Of a stretch of DNA of 64,000 nt, positions 38,169-47,155 are shown piece after piece. The position numbers and the translations under genes were made by a program. The notes beneath the pieces are model-generated. The model was not told the DNA's origin, ran no database searches, and saw only the letters and a list, made by a program, of their open reading frames with translations. The number at the start of each line of letters is the position of its first letter. Positions within the stretch are counted from its first letter, which is position 1. The stretch comes from a virus: IMG/VR virus record IMGVR_UViG_3300009155_000038; one strand, given 5' to 3'.

Positions 38169-40976
38169 TCAGACCACCAAGTGCAGCTCAATGTTGTTGA
38201 GCGGCGCCGGGACAACAAGATCAAGAACAATTTCGATCCGATCTTTCAACAGCGGATGAATCTGCAGCGTACGGATCGTACCGGAAATGAGCTGCGAGCC
38301 CAGTTCGTCGGTGAAACCGTTCGTAGACAGGAAATTAATCACGGCGTTAACTTCGTACTTCAGCCGGCGCACCATGCCGTCTTGCGCGTTGGTGCGGCCG
38401 ATGAACGGACGCAGGCGACGCAGGAACAGGTAGGACATGCTGTCCACGTTGCGGCGGATCATTTCTTCACGACGATTCAGGTCGAGATTGTCCGTCGTCA
38501 AGGCGTGCCGTGTGTACGGCGTGCCGTCCTTGTCTTCAGTCACGATCCAGACACCCGACTCGGCCAAGTTGTTCAACTGTGTTTCGATGAAATACTTGTA
38601 CGACCGGCTGTAATCATCGAAACCAGCGACTTCCACGTTGGTCAGCGGCTGGTGGGGCACAACACCCGACACCAAACCGGCCAGCGCGGCCGACAGGTAG
38701 TAACCGGGCTGCAGCGTGCCAGCCTCGCCAACCTGATCGGGCCACACGCCGCACACGCGTCGATTCGACAGCGATCCGCCCTGATGGGCGATATCGGTAG
38801 CCACTTCGTTGCGGTTACGGTTGTGGTAGATCTCAACGCGCTGCGCAACTGTCACAGCCACGTCGCTGCCGGTATACAGCAGCAATGTCGACTCAGACAG
38901 CACCTTGTCGACGACGTACTCTTCGTACTGCGCGTCGCCAAAAGAATCGACCGTGAAGTTGTACCGGACGAGGTCGCCGGGCTGCACGTTGTTGGTGATA
39001 AAGTAGCCGTTACCGCTTGTAACCTGCAGCTTTGTGAACTGCGTGCCGGAAGCGGTCGGATCGTCGCTCAGCGTGGCAACAACGTCGTCTTCCACCACGT
39101 TGCCAAGCACGCCGCCGATTTCAACACCCATACCAACGAGCTTGACAACCGGGTGCGCCTTGAGCGAGAAGAAACCGGCCTTCCAGTTATTCTGAATCTC
39201 GTTCGATTCGGCACCGATGTGCGCAGCCCACAGGTTTTGAACCATGCGGTCAAACGTCAGCGGAACAAGGTTGTACAAGTCATCGCGACCCTTGATTCGC
39301 TCAAGCACCTGCACCCAGCTGTCGAGATTGCCGGGATCGGCGACCGCGGTGTACTTCACAACCGTGCCGTTGCTGTTGGAAAGCGCCTTGTAAACGCCCC
39401 ACTTCAACGGGTTATCGGGATCGAGCTGACCAGCGATTTGGTCAAGATCAGCCACGTCGCTGATCGACTCAACCGTGTCGGTCAGCGTCGACAGCCACTC
39501 ACGGTACTCGACGTAAACTTCGCCGGCGTAAACGTCGAGCGGCTGCTCGACTCCACCGTCGGTCCACTCGGGGTGATACGCGATCACGCCTTCGTTGACG
39601 ATGATCTGCGTAGCTTCAACTTCGTAATTCTTCATCGGCGCAAAGCCAATGCGGTTCTTGGATACTTCGATGTTGTCCTTGATGAACAACTTCATCTCAA
39701 GGTTACAATTACGGCCACGCATGGCAACCGGAAGATCGTCACGCAGGTGGATTTCGTGAACCTCGCCAGCCTTGCTCGAAACGCAAGTGATGTACCACTT
39801 GTCGCCCTTACGCAGCCCGCCGTCATTCGTGAACTTAACCTTAACACCGTTGGTGCCGATGGCAACGCTGGTGTTCTTCGCCGAGATTTCAGTCGGACCT
39901 GAGAAATCGAGGCCCTTAGATGTGTACACCGTAATTTCCGGCAGGTCGGCATAAAGGCCGCCCTTCGTGCACTCAACGATATAGATATCATTCTTATCGC
40001 CGGTGTACGCGCCGAGAAGATCGGGCGAAACCTCGTCTGTGGTGTAATTAGCCGCGTCAGCAACGGCAACACCTGCCACGAACGTTTGCTGCACAACGAT
40101 TCGCCACTTCTGGCCAACCTTCAGCAGGTTAACGTCGCTGAACGTAATGACAAGGTCACGCGTGCCAACGTCAGCATTGTTGCCGTAAGGCGTAACTTCC
40201 GCTACGTCATCGGTGCCGCTGGCGGACACAACACGCAGGCGGGCAGCGTCACAACCCACAACGGAGCTGCGCACTACTTCAACTGTGTACTCTTCCTTCA
40301 CGTGGCCCGACACCAAACCGTCATAGGAAGTGCTAAGCGTCGCTGTCGGCGCGTCAGACACGAGCCCCGCAATAAGCTCAACGCTCTGCGCCGCTGTGAT
40401 TGAGGGCTGATTGTGCCCTTCAGCGCTCGCAGGAGCAATGCGCGACTTAACGTTGTCGCTGGAGAAGCCGGTCACAGTCGACCACAGCTCAGTAGCAGTG
40501 CAGTCGCCCGGAGAAACGTAGGTCATGTGAACCACGTCGCCGAGCTGCACGTCACGGTCAGCGAACACGCCGCTGCGGGGGTAAGCCGCGCCGTTCGACT
40601 TGAACGCAAGATTGTGCGAACGCACGATGTTGTTTTCAGGCCGATCGTTCGGGCTGTACACATGAAGGCTGCCGCAGCTGTACGGAGTTGCGTCAACAGC
40701 GGTGTTGTAATAGAGGAGCAGCGCGTCGTCGATATACACCTTGGTGTACTTGTCATCGATGCGGGAGCCCGGATTCCGCTGCGGCCACGAGTACGTCGTG
40801 TCGTGCAGGCGGTCATAGGCGCCGAGACGCGTGTAGGGCTTCTCGTCAACATTGCTGTGACGGTGAAGAACAGCGTGAGGGCCGGCGATGTGAGCGCGCA
40901 GCGGCTCCGTGATCTCCGTGGGGACGATCTTGAATTCTTGGAAAACGAGAACTTGTGGTTTTACGTAGCTCGACAT
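38169..40976 (-). CDS. contractile tail sheath protein
   Basis: 935 aa; C-terminal QLNNLAESGVWIV...RHALTT...RNVDSMS...DRIEIVLDLVVPAPLNNIELHLVV is typical of sheath proteins. Confidence 0.9.
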   Translation of the reverse strand: MSSYVKPQVLVFQEFKIVPTEITEPLRAHIAGPHAVLHRHSNVDEKPYTRLGAYDRLHDTTYSWPQRNPGSRIDDKYTKVYIDDALLLYYNTAVDATPYSCGSLHVYSPNDRPENNIVRSHNLAFKSNGAAYPRSGVFADRDVQLGDVVHMTYVSPGDCTATELWSTVTGFSSDNVKSRIAPASAEGHNQPSITAAQSVELIAGLVSDAPTATLSTSYDGLVSGHVKEEYTVEVVRSSVVGCDAARLRVVSASGTDDVAEVTPYGNNADVGTRDLVITFSDVNLLKVGQKWRIVVQQTFVAGVAVADAANYTTDEVSPDLLGAYTGDKNDIYIVECTKGGLYADLPEITVYTSKGLDFSGPTEISAKNTSVAIGTNGVKVKFTNDGGLRKGDKWYITCVSSKAGEVHEIHLRDDLPVAMRGRNCNLEMKLFIKDNIEVSKNRIGFAPMKNYEVEATQIIVNEGVIAYHPEWTDGGVEQPLDVYAGEVYVEYREWLSTLTDTVESISDVADLDQIAGQLDPDNPLKWGVYKALSNSNGTVVKYTAVADPGNLDSWVQVLERIKGRDDLYNLVPLTFDRMVQNLWAAHIGAESNEIQNNWKAGFFSLKAHPVVKLVGMGVEIGGVLGNVVEDDVVATLSDDPTASGTQFTKLQVTSGNGYFITNNVQPGDLVRYNFTVDSFGDAQYEEYVVDKVLSESTLLLYTGSDVAVTVAQRVEIYHNRNRNEVATDIAHQGGSLSNRRVCGVWPDQVGEAGTLQPGYYLSAALAGLVSGVVPHQPLTNVEVAGFDDYSRSYKYFIETQLNNLAESGVWIVTEDKDGTPYTRHALTTDNLDLNRREEMIRRNVDSMSYLFLRRLRPFIGRTNAQDGMVRRLKYEVNAVINFLSTNGFTDELGSQLISGTIRTLQIHPLLKDRIEIVLDLVVPAPLNNIELHLVV

Positions 40977-40981
40977 GCGTC

Positions 40982-40993
40982 AGCCTCCGTGCC
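40982..40993 (-). promoter_or_regulatory. CsrA-type hairpin GGC-ACGGAG-GCU over the sheath RBS
   Basis: CANGGANG core with a C-G closing pair and a 3-bp stem. Confidence 0.5.
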
Positions 40994-41023
40994 TAATTTG
41001 GTGTGCGGTCAGTGCGTAACGAG

Positions 41024-41032
41024 TAGTATACA
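41024..41032 (-). promoter_or_regulatory. candidate late promoter element TGTATACTA
   Basis: Identical 9-mer also at 44202..44210; both are intergenic, upstream of structural operons, and contain a TATACT -10-like hexamer. Confidence 0.4.
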
Positions 41033-41073
41033 CAACCACTCGATTAAGAAAAAAACACCCCCGCAAAAATTTA

Positions 41074-41787
41074 CTAACAAGACAGTAGATCCGATGCCTT
41101 GAAGACAATCCGCTTTAGGCGCGGCGCGTATGGCTGGAGCGACCAAGCTTCCTCGGCTACATACGCCACGGTAACAGGTACGGCATATCCCTGCACCACT
41201 TCTTGAACTTCTCCTATGCCGCCCACCTCGTTAACATAGAACTTGTGTAAGTCCATTTGTTCGCGGATAAGCGGCGAAAAATTGATCAGAAATTTAACGA
41301 CTTCTGTCGTTAAAAACTCGGTTTCAGCGCCACTCGGCGCTAAACAGTATAGCGTATGGCTACCTTGCCACAGACCAGCATACTGCACATTTCCAGTATA
41401 GTCGTTTTGGCCAGCCTTGTCGCCGATACCCTGTTTTAACCATGTCCAACTGTTACGTTTAATTAACACAGCTGGTCGTTTGTCGGTTGTGTTGGGCAGC
41501 CATCGCGTAATACTTTCGATTAAAATTCCGCCGGCGTTAAGCCCGTTATCTACAGGCTGCCACGCGCCTAACGTCTGTACGTGTTTGCGGATTCGCGGTT
41601 CTTCGATGTTGTCAGGGTCAGAGAAATGCCCGATGAGTAACTGTCGAATCAGCCCGGTCATGACGTGCGGCCGCATGCCGTACGAACAAAGCGAGCTTAC
41701 CTTTGGTATCCGGTTCTCTGGCGCACTACCTTCGGGGAACTGCGCTTCAATTTCCGGCGGGTTTATTGGATCGGGACAGTCGCTCAC
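41074..41787 (-). CDS. putative tail terminator/neck protein
   Basis: 237 aa, GTG start with AAGGA SD, between head-closure and sheath genes. Confidence 0.6.
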   Translation of the reverse strand: MSDCPDPINPPEIEAQFPEGSAPENRIPKVSSLCSYGMRPHVMTGLIRQLLIGHFSDPDNIEEPRIRKHVQTLGAWQPVDNGLNAGGILIESITRWLPNTTDKRPAVLIKRNSWTWLKQGIGDKAGQNDYTGNVQYAGLWQGSHTLYCLAPSGAETEFLTTEVVKFLINFSPLIREQMDLHKFYVNEVGGIGEVQEVVQGYAVPVTVAYVAEEAWSLQPYAPRLKRIVFKASDLLSC

Positions 41788-41896
41788 GTAAATAATCCTT
41801 TTTGGGCAGCTCTGATTTTAGGCTTATTTTTGGCAGCGCACAAAGTAGTTTCTGCGCGAGTTTAATCTTTGGAAGTTTGATTTCTTGCTTCTTCAT
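41747..41896 (-). CDS. small basic ORF (49 aa, MKKQEIKLPKIKL...) not in the ORF track
   Basis: ATG follows the upstream stop (TGA-C-ATG) and the ORF fills the intergenic gap. Confidence 0.4.
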   Translation of the reverse strand: MKKQEIKLPKIKLAQKLLCALPKISLKSELPKKDYLRERLSRSNKPAGN

Positions 41897-41897
41897 G

Positions 41898-43139
41898 TCA
41901 CACGTTCCAGAAATCTTCTTTCGGCCCCGGCTTCTCGGGTTTAGGAGAATATTTACTGATAACTACAGGCGGCGCGGTCGGCGTCGCTCTAAGTGCTGGC
42001 GGCGGCGTTACCGTGATGAAGTGAATATCCGGGCCGTAATCACCGGGTTTTTCAAATAACAAAGCGTAATCACCCGGGTCGAGCCTTAGCGCTTTTGTCC
42101 AGCGCCCGTTAGCAGCTGTAGTTGTATTAGCGATAGAAAGCGCGGTATTGGGCGTGGAAGGTTGCGCAGCGATGTAATCAGCCAGCCGAAAAACATAGAT
42201 ATAGGCGCCTTCAATAGCGCAGTTTGTGCCGTCACGGTAGGCGAGGTTATCAGGCCCGCCATAGTTGTGATCTACAGCAAAAATACCGCAACCATCAACC
42301 GGCAAGGGGGGTACACGTCGGTCGGGAGCTTCGCCGCCCACTTCGATTGAATAAGCATTGTTGTTAAACGGCAGCAAGCCAAGTTGAACTTGATACACCA
42401 AAGGAACGTTACGCAAAGCCGCAACGATTTGAATCGACTCTACCAACCAGCGCTCGTCGCTCGTGCCGTTTACCCAGATATCGTATTTATTTAACGCCGG
42501 AAACCCGATAACGCGCGCACTAACATAGGGGTTGTCGCGCGTGGTGCCTTTTAGGTTCACGTCGACGTCTTCAGCAATTGTTTGGGGCGACAGATCCCAG
42601 CACTGCATTTCCAGTGGCGGATGATAGCCGACTTCAAAGCCAGTGCCGTTACATACCGGGCAATCAGAGTCAGTTATTTCTTGCGTGAGCGGATCTCGAC
42701 AGCGCGGGCACGGTTTGCCAAAACGCATGGGCTTAATAAGGTAGCCCGGCACGCTAACTAGCTGATGGCGTACCTTTTCTTTCCGTACGACTTCGCGCGC
42801 TAGCAGCCAGTCATGCTCATTCAGCTCGCCGAAACAGCTGGCGGCCTGTGAAACATACGTGTTAGTCGGTGTAGTTAACGTAACGCGGTAATGGCTCAGA
42901 AGCTCATACCCGGACTCGTGCCAAGCATCGTCGTAGGCCAAGTAACCATTTGTGATTGGCGCGCCGATGTTCACCCAGTCGGTAGCATCGCGTAGGCCTG
43001 TTTTGCCTAGCTGCAGCTGAAATACATACGGCCCGGGCTCATTAAACGTCGGCTCAAGCTGCCACCATACGCGCGATGGGCCGCGGACCATATGATCCAC
43101 GGATACACGGCGGAACGGAAACACACGGGATTGCGGCAT
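41898..43139 (-). CDS. putative head-closure/neck protein with CxxC...CxxC zinc finger and a C-terminal beta-sandwich extension
   Basis: CPRCRDPLTQEITDSDCPVCNGTG; follows the adaptor gene. Confidence 0.6.
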   Translation of the reverse strand: MPQSRVFPFRRVSVDHMVRGPSRVWWQLEPTFNEPGPYVFQLQLGKTGLRDATDWVNIGAPITNGYLAYDDAWHESGYELLSHYRVTLTTPTNTYVSQAASCFGELNEHDWLLAREVVRKEKVRHQLVSVPGYLIKPMRFGKPCPRCRDPLTQEITDSDCPVCNGTGFEVGYHPPLEMQCWDLSPQTIAEDVDVNLKGTTRDNPYVSARVIGFPALNKYDIWVNGTSDERWLVESIQIVAALRNVPLVYQVQLGLLPFNNNAYSIEVGGEAPDRRVPPLPVDGCGIFAVDHNYGGPDNLAYRDGTNCAIEGAYIYVFRLADYIAAQPSTPNTALSIANTTTAANGRWTKALRLDPGDYALLFEKPGDYGPDIHFITVTPPPALRATPTAPPVVISKYSPKPEKPGPKEDFWNV

Positions 43140-43150
43140 AAATCAGAACC

Positions 43151-44173
43151 TTAGTACCGGATACGCAGGGCGTCCGTATACGCAGCATACTTGTAGGTAG
43201 AAGATACTTCGCCGTAGCAGCTCTCTAGGTTGATGCTGGCCTTGGTGGCGCGAACCCAGTCTCTGTATGCCTGCCAGCGCATTTGGCCGGCACGCTCGTA
43301 GTTAGACTCTTTGTTTTGATCGTTAACCGACATACCGGCGGCAGAATAATCAAGCTGGTTACGCCGAAACTGCTCCGCCACCATCATGAAAAGGTTCGCG
43401 CAGATGCCTTCCAACCAATGATATCTAAACGGGAAATTCTGCGTGTTGTACGTCTGATCCAGCGGCGGCGGGATTTCGTTCCAGTACATCACAGGCCGCG
43501 AGATAGCCAGCGCAATCTCAGCGTCGTCGAACATTAGATTGTCCAGCAAGAAACTCTCGCCGGGCGCCGAGTCACGAAGATGCAGTCGGATCTCAGCAAT
43601 GCTGGGCGGACCGCCTATACGGTTACTACCGGTGTCCAGCGGGCCAAATGTACTGCGATTGATAATGATCGAGAACGTGTTCGAGAAAATAACGCACGGC
43701 TGCTGCGCTGCTTCGGCCGGCACGCTAATCAGAGCCATTTCGCCATAGTAGATGCCGGCTAAACCCACCATTTGCGCTGTCAGCGCTGCGGTAACTTCGC
43801 CCTTAGAGGCGTCGGTGACGACGGCATCGACCTGCAGCGGCTCAAGCCCGTAGCCTAAAGCGATCTGCTCTTTCAGGCGCAAAACGATCTTATAGTCGGG
43901 CGGCGGTGTTTGACCGCCGAACCCCGCGGGTGTCAGATCTACGGGGTTGCCGTCCTTATCGTGCAGCTGCCACGAGATAGTGGCGCACTGACCTTGCGTC
44001 AGCGTCACAGCCCGCGATCGGGTCAGGACTTTCGTGCCGTTAACAGTCGAAATTGGCGCGCTAATAACGTTCTGCCCGGCAACCGAGATCGGCGTCAATA
44101 CGCCTGTATCCGGCGTGTCGTTTGTGCAGCAGCTGACGATAGGGTGCGGCGCGGGCGTAGCAATGACAACCAT
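43151..44173 (-). CDS. putative head-tail adaptor (neck) protein with an N-terminal beta-sandwich domain
   Basis: Helical C-terminal adaptor-like part (IAEIRLHLRD...FDDAEIALAISRPVMYWNEIPP); GGAGG SD before ATG 44173. Confidence 0.6.
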   Translation of the reverse strand: MVVIATPAPHPIVSCCTNDTPDTGVLTPISVAGQNVISAPISTVNGTKVLTRSRAVTLTQGQCATISWQLHDKDGNPVDLTPAGFGGQTPPPDYKIVLRLKEQIALGYGLEPLQVDAVVTDASKGEVTAALTAQMVGLAGIYYGEMALISVPAEAAQQPCVIFSNTFSIIINRSTFGPLDTGSNRIGGPPSIAEIRLHLRDSAPGESFLLDNLMFDDAEIALAISRPVMYWNEIPPPLDQTYNTQNFPFRYHWLEGICANLFMMVAEQFRRNQLDYSAAGMSVNDQNKESNYERAGQMRWQAYRDWVRATKASINLESCYGEVSSTYKYAAYTDALRIRY

Positions 44174-44201
44174 GGCAACCCTCCAGAGTGAAGTACACAC
44201 T

Positions 44202-44210
44202 TAGTATACA
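44202..44210 (-). promoter_or_regulatory. candidate late promoter element TGTATACTA
   Basis: Lies just downstream of the capsid-operon terminator and 29 nt before the adaptor start; same 9-mer as 41024..41032. Confidence 0.4.
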
Positions 44211-44216
44211 AATAGA

Positions 44217-44244
44217 AAGGGCTGGCCAGTAACGGCCAGCCCTT
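44217..44244 (-). terminator. intrinsic terminator ending the capsid operon
   Basis: 11-bp GC-rich stem aagggctggcc/ggccagccctt, followed on the minus strand by UUUCUAUUUG. Confidence 0.8.
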
Positions 44245-44271
44245 CCGTAAAACTGTTAAACGTTTGCACGT

Positions 44272-44634
44272 TTATTCGTTGGCGTTGAGGTCGCCTTCAA
44301 TGAAGTCACCACCGCCGTCATACGACGGAACTGTAGTGCCAAGTTCCTTGGTCGACGCCATGCCGAGTTCGCGGGTGACGCCACCCGTTTCGCTGAGCAG
44401 GTACACCGACGGGGACTTCACAATTTCCAAATCACCGGCGAGCAAAGCGCGCTCAAGCGCCTTGAACTGTCGCTGGCTCCGCTGGGCACCCAGCGCACCA
44501 ACAAGGTCACCGGGGACCGTGTAAGTCGCGTTGTTGTCCAGCCGGCGGCCGTGCTTGCTAAGAAAACCGAACACCATGGCAGCGCCAGATGTGTTCTTCA
44601 CTGTTGTATAAAGGTCAGCTGTCGTATTGGGCAT
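44272..44634 (-). CDS. small head-associated protein
   Basis: 120 aa, high-GC3 codons, GGAG SD, last gene of the capsid operon. Confidence 0.75.
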   Translation of the reverse strand: MPNTTADLYTTVKNTSGAAMVFGFLSKHGRRLDNNATYTVPGDLVGALGAQRSQRQFKALERALLAGDLEIVKSPSVYLLSETGGVTRELGMASTKELGTTVPSYDGGGDFIEGDLNANE

Positions 44635-44652
44635 TAGTCACTCCATGTTTCT

Positions 44653-45036
44653 TTAGGCGTTCTGCATTGCTGCAGCAGTGGCAGCCTGCAGCATTAAAAC
44701 AGCCTGAGCGATCTCAGGCTTGGCCGCTGCGGCGCTGGCGGTGCCAGCGAAAGCAGACGACTTTTCAACTGTGCCGCCAAGGCCCGCGGCCGCAAGCATC
44801 TCGTCAAGCTGCTGGTTAGCAACGTTGAGCGAGGATACTTGCGCGGCCGCGGCCTTTTCTTGCTCTGCCGTATAGAGCACATGGAGCTTGGAAGCAGCTG
44901 TCCACATTTCTGCAGCTTCACTCTCAGAGCGCGGAGCAAGTCCGTGCGCTGCGAGCTTCTCAAAAAAATGCGGGGCGGCAAGTTCCGTCACGATTGTGGC
45001 GTATGCTTGCTCCGCCGCTTCCTTAACATTGTCCAT
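44653..45036 (-). CDS. small Ala-rich head-associated protein with K-x-A motifs
   Basis: 127 aa, AAGGAG SD. Confidence 0.75.
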   Translation of the reverse strand: MDNVKEAAEQAYATIVTELAAPHFFEKLAAHGLAPRSESEAAEMWTAASKLHVLYTAEQEKAAAAQVSSLNVANQQLDEMLAAAGLGGTVEKSSAFAGTASAAAAKPEIAQAVLMLQAATAAAMQNA

Positions 45037-45069
45037 GACTGTGCTCCTTTAGGTTAGTGCTTAAACGGC

Positions 45070-46041
45070 TTACTTGAAGTCAACGCGAGCCAGACCGTTC
45101 GTGTGACCGAACGAGCCGCCTTGCGTGTTGTAGGCGAAATACTCAAGCATGTAAGCTTCACGACGGATGTACATCGTGGTGGGCTCAAGCTCGTAGTTCT
45201 TGCCAATGAACTTGGGGCTGGCAAACATAAACAAGCTATCATCGGGGATAAGACCCGTATTAGCTGGCTGCGTGGTGTCGCTGATACCTTCCGCGGCCCG
45301 ACGCTTGATCGTGACGATCCAGCGGCAGTTGAGGAAGTTAGTCTCAGCCCAGCCGTTCTTGATGATGTCCTGCGAGAAGTCACCGCCCATTTCGTCGCGA
45401 CCGAACTTGAGGATTTCCTTGATCGTGATGTTATTCACGAGGCAAGTTTCAACCTCAAAGTGCGAAGGCGTACGGGGCATGACCTTCAGGGCGTCAACAA
45501 GCGTCTCACGCGTGATGCCACCGCTGATCTCTTCATACTGCACCGAACCGGAAGCAACGTTCGCCACGCCCGGGGTCGGGAGGACGGCGTTGAAAGCGGC
45601 GATGAACTTCGAGTCTTCCTCGGCGAGCATGTCCTTGATCATGTTGTCGCTGAGAACCTGACGAATGTCGATGACATACGTACGCAGTTCGTCGACGTCC
45701 TTCACAGCGCGGGGCGACACGATCCGGTCAAACATGACGCGGTAGCGCGGGCCACGGATGTAGAAGTTGATCGGGAGTGTCGCAAACGGGAGCGACACAG
45801 CCGCCGGGGAATCGGGCTCCTTGTCCACAACCTTGACGGGCTTGTCAGTGTCAACCTGACGGTCCAGCTCGTCGTTGGTGATGGTCAGCGGGGGCATAAT
45901 CCGACGATAGAAACCGTCTTCACGCATCTTGGTGCGCGTGAAATCGTTAACCGCGTCGATGGCCTGCTTCTGCATGCCGGGGGTATCGAGCTGCTCAAAC
46001 AGTGTCTCGTTGAGCAGTTGTACTTCTTGCTGTGTGGGCAT
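45070..46041 (-). CDS. major capsid protein (HK97-fold-like)
   Basis: 323 aa, strongest codon bias in the window, downstream of protease, scaffold and decoration genes; true start ATG 46041 with GGAGG SD. Confidence 0.8.
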   Translation of the reverse strand: MPTQQEVQLLNETLFEQLDTPGMQKQAIDAVNDFTRTKMREDGFYRRIMPPLTITNDELDRQVDTDKPVKVVDKEPDSPAAVSLPFATLPINFYIRGPRYRVMFDRIVSPRAVKDVDELRTYVIDIRQVLSDNMIKDMLAEEDSKFIAAFNAVLPTPGVANVASGSVQYEEISGGITRETLVDALKVMPRTPSHFEVETCLVNNITIKEILKFGRDEMGGDFSQDIIKNGWAETNFLNCRWIVTIKRRAAEGISDTTQPANTGLIPDDSLFMFASPKFIGKNYELEPTTMYIRREAYMLEYFAYNTQGGSFGHTNGLARVDFK

Positions 46042-46045
46042 TGTT

Positions 46046-46061
46046 GGAACCTCCATGTTCC
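46046..46061 (-). promoter_or_regulatory. CsrA-type hairpin GGAAC-AUGGAG-GUUCC over the major capsid RBS
   Basis: ACAUGGAGGU matches the (A/U)CANGGANG(U/A) consensus; 5-bp stem with hexaloop. Confidence 0.75.
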
Positions 46062-46083
46062 TAGTAGTTAGTTAGTGTTTAGG

Positions 46084-46650
46084 TCAGTCGATGGTGGCAG
46101 CAGTGCCGGCGGGCAGGTAAACGCTCCAGAACGAAAGCGTCTGCACACCGTTGTGATTCTTCGACGCGCCGCTGGAAACAACACCGCAGACAGCGTTGAC
46201 GTACTGAACAGCGCTCTGGTTTGTCAGAACACCGCCAGTGGACAGCGCGCTGGTCGAGGTGCCAGCTGTGAGCAGGTCGCCCGGAGCATAAGTCTGCGTC
46301 GCATCAAATTCAGTCGACGCAATCTCGTAACCACCGGTGGCAACAAGACCCGACAGCTTGCCGGTCGGCGAAACTGCCTGATGCATGAAGTTGCCGCCAG
46401 CTGTCGTGCCGGGGTTGCTGACGTCGGCATCGGACGAGCCGTTCAGCAGGAAGATGCCCATGTGCGAGCCGCTGACGCCGGGAAGAAATACTTCCTTGCC
46501 GCTAGCCAGCTCAAGATGCACAACGCGACCGCGCGGCACAGTGAACGAAACCGAACTCGACAGCTTGGCCGAGTAGTCGAGAGAAGCCATATCGAACCAG
46601 CCCTTTTTGACGTCAAGGCCGTGTTCGAACATAAGATCGGGAGCAGGCAT
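46084..46650 (-). CDS. putative capsid decoration/cement protein
   Basis: 188 aa, Gly/Ser-rich beta protein immediately upstream of the major capsid gene. Confidence 0.6.
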   Translation of the reverse strand: MPAPDLMFEHGLDVKKGWFDMASLDYSAKLSSSVSFTVPRGRVVHLELASGKEVFLPGVSGSHMGIFLLNGSSDADVSNPGTTAGGNFMHQAVSPTGKLSGLVATGGYEIASTEFDATQTYAPGDLLTAGTSTSALSTGGVLTNQSAVQYVNAVCGVVSSGASKNHNGVQTLSFWSVYLPAGTAATID

Positions 46651-46654
46651 TGGT

Positions 46655-46668
46655 AGACCTCCATGTCT
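46655..46668 (-). promoter_or_regulatory. CsrA-type hairpin AGAC-AUGGAG-GUCU over the decoration gene RBS
   Basis: ACAUGGAGGU consensus match; 4-bp stem. Confidence 0.7.
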
Positions 46669-46712
46669 TTCTTGCTTTTGGAAGCGTCATGCTTCCGGGT
46701 AAACGAACGAAT

Positions 46713-47138
46713 TCAGTTAGTGGGGGGATTAAGTCCAAGACCGGTGAACAACTTCACGTCGGAGGCCTTGAGGCGACCGTCGCGAGCGCCGACATAGCTG
46801 TTGGTCAGGCTGTTCGACGGGTCGTAGCCGGCTGTCTTTACAGACGAGACGGGTGTACCCAGTCGGGCCATCTCAGCAGCGTTCTTGTGCGACGCCAGCT
46901 TGATAACAAGTTCCATAGCGCGCACCGGATCTTGAAGAGCTGCAGCGAGCGCTTCCTTCTGGTGAGCTTCAATCCGCTCGTTCTCAACACACGCCTTAAC
47001 GGCTTCAGGAATCAGTCGGGCGACCTTCTCCTGAGCAGCCTCTTGCGCGGTCAGAACCGAAGCAGCCTTGGTCATCGCGGCATCGGAGAATCCGATGTAG
47101 TCGATAACCTTTTGTACGAGCGCGTTGTTGCTAGACAT
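46713..47138 (-). CDS. head-associated helical protein with K-x-A motifs
   Basis: 141 aa, GGAGG SD before ATG 47138. Confidence 0.75.
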   Translation of the reverse strand: MSSNNALVQKVIDYIGFSDAAMTKAASVLTAQEAAQEKVARLIPEAVKACVENERIEAHQKEALAAALQDPVRAMELVIKLASHKNAAEMARLGTPVSSVKTAGYDPSNSLTNSYVGARDGRLKASDVKLFTGLGLNPPTN

Positions 47139-47155
47139 TAAAACCTCCGAGAATA

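Noticed and set aside
38157-39902. 581-aa + strand ORF, and similar long + strand ORFs at 45103..46071, 47180..48487 and 9880..10860
   Set aside because: Antisense shadows of strongly codon-biased minus-strand genes (sheath, capsid, scaffold, fibre), with no SD and no protein-like features
46042-46056. Upstream starts in the ORF track (46056, 56898, 54091, 44200, 47159, 48511, 58862, 15542, 33330)
   Set aside because: These starts overlap or precede the SD of the downstream codon, or overlap the upstream gene. The shorter starts have properly spaced SDs or translational coupling.
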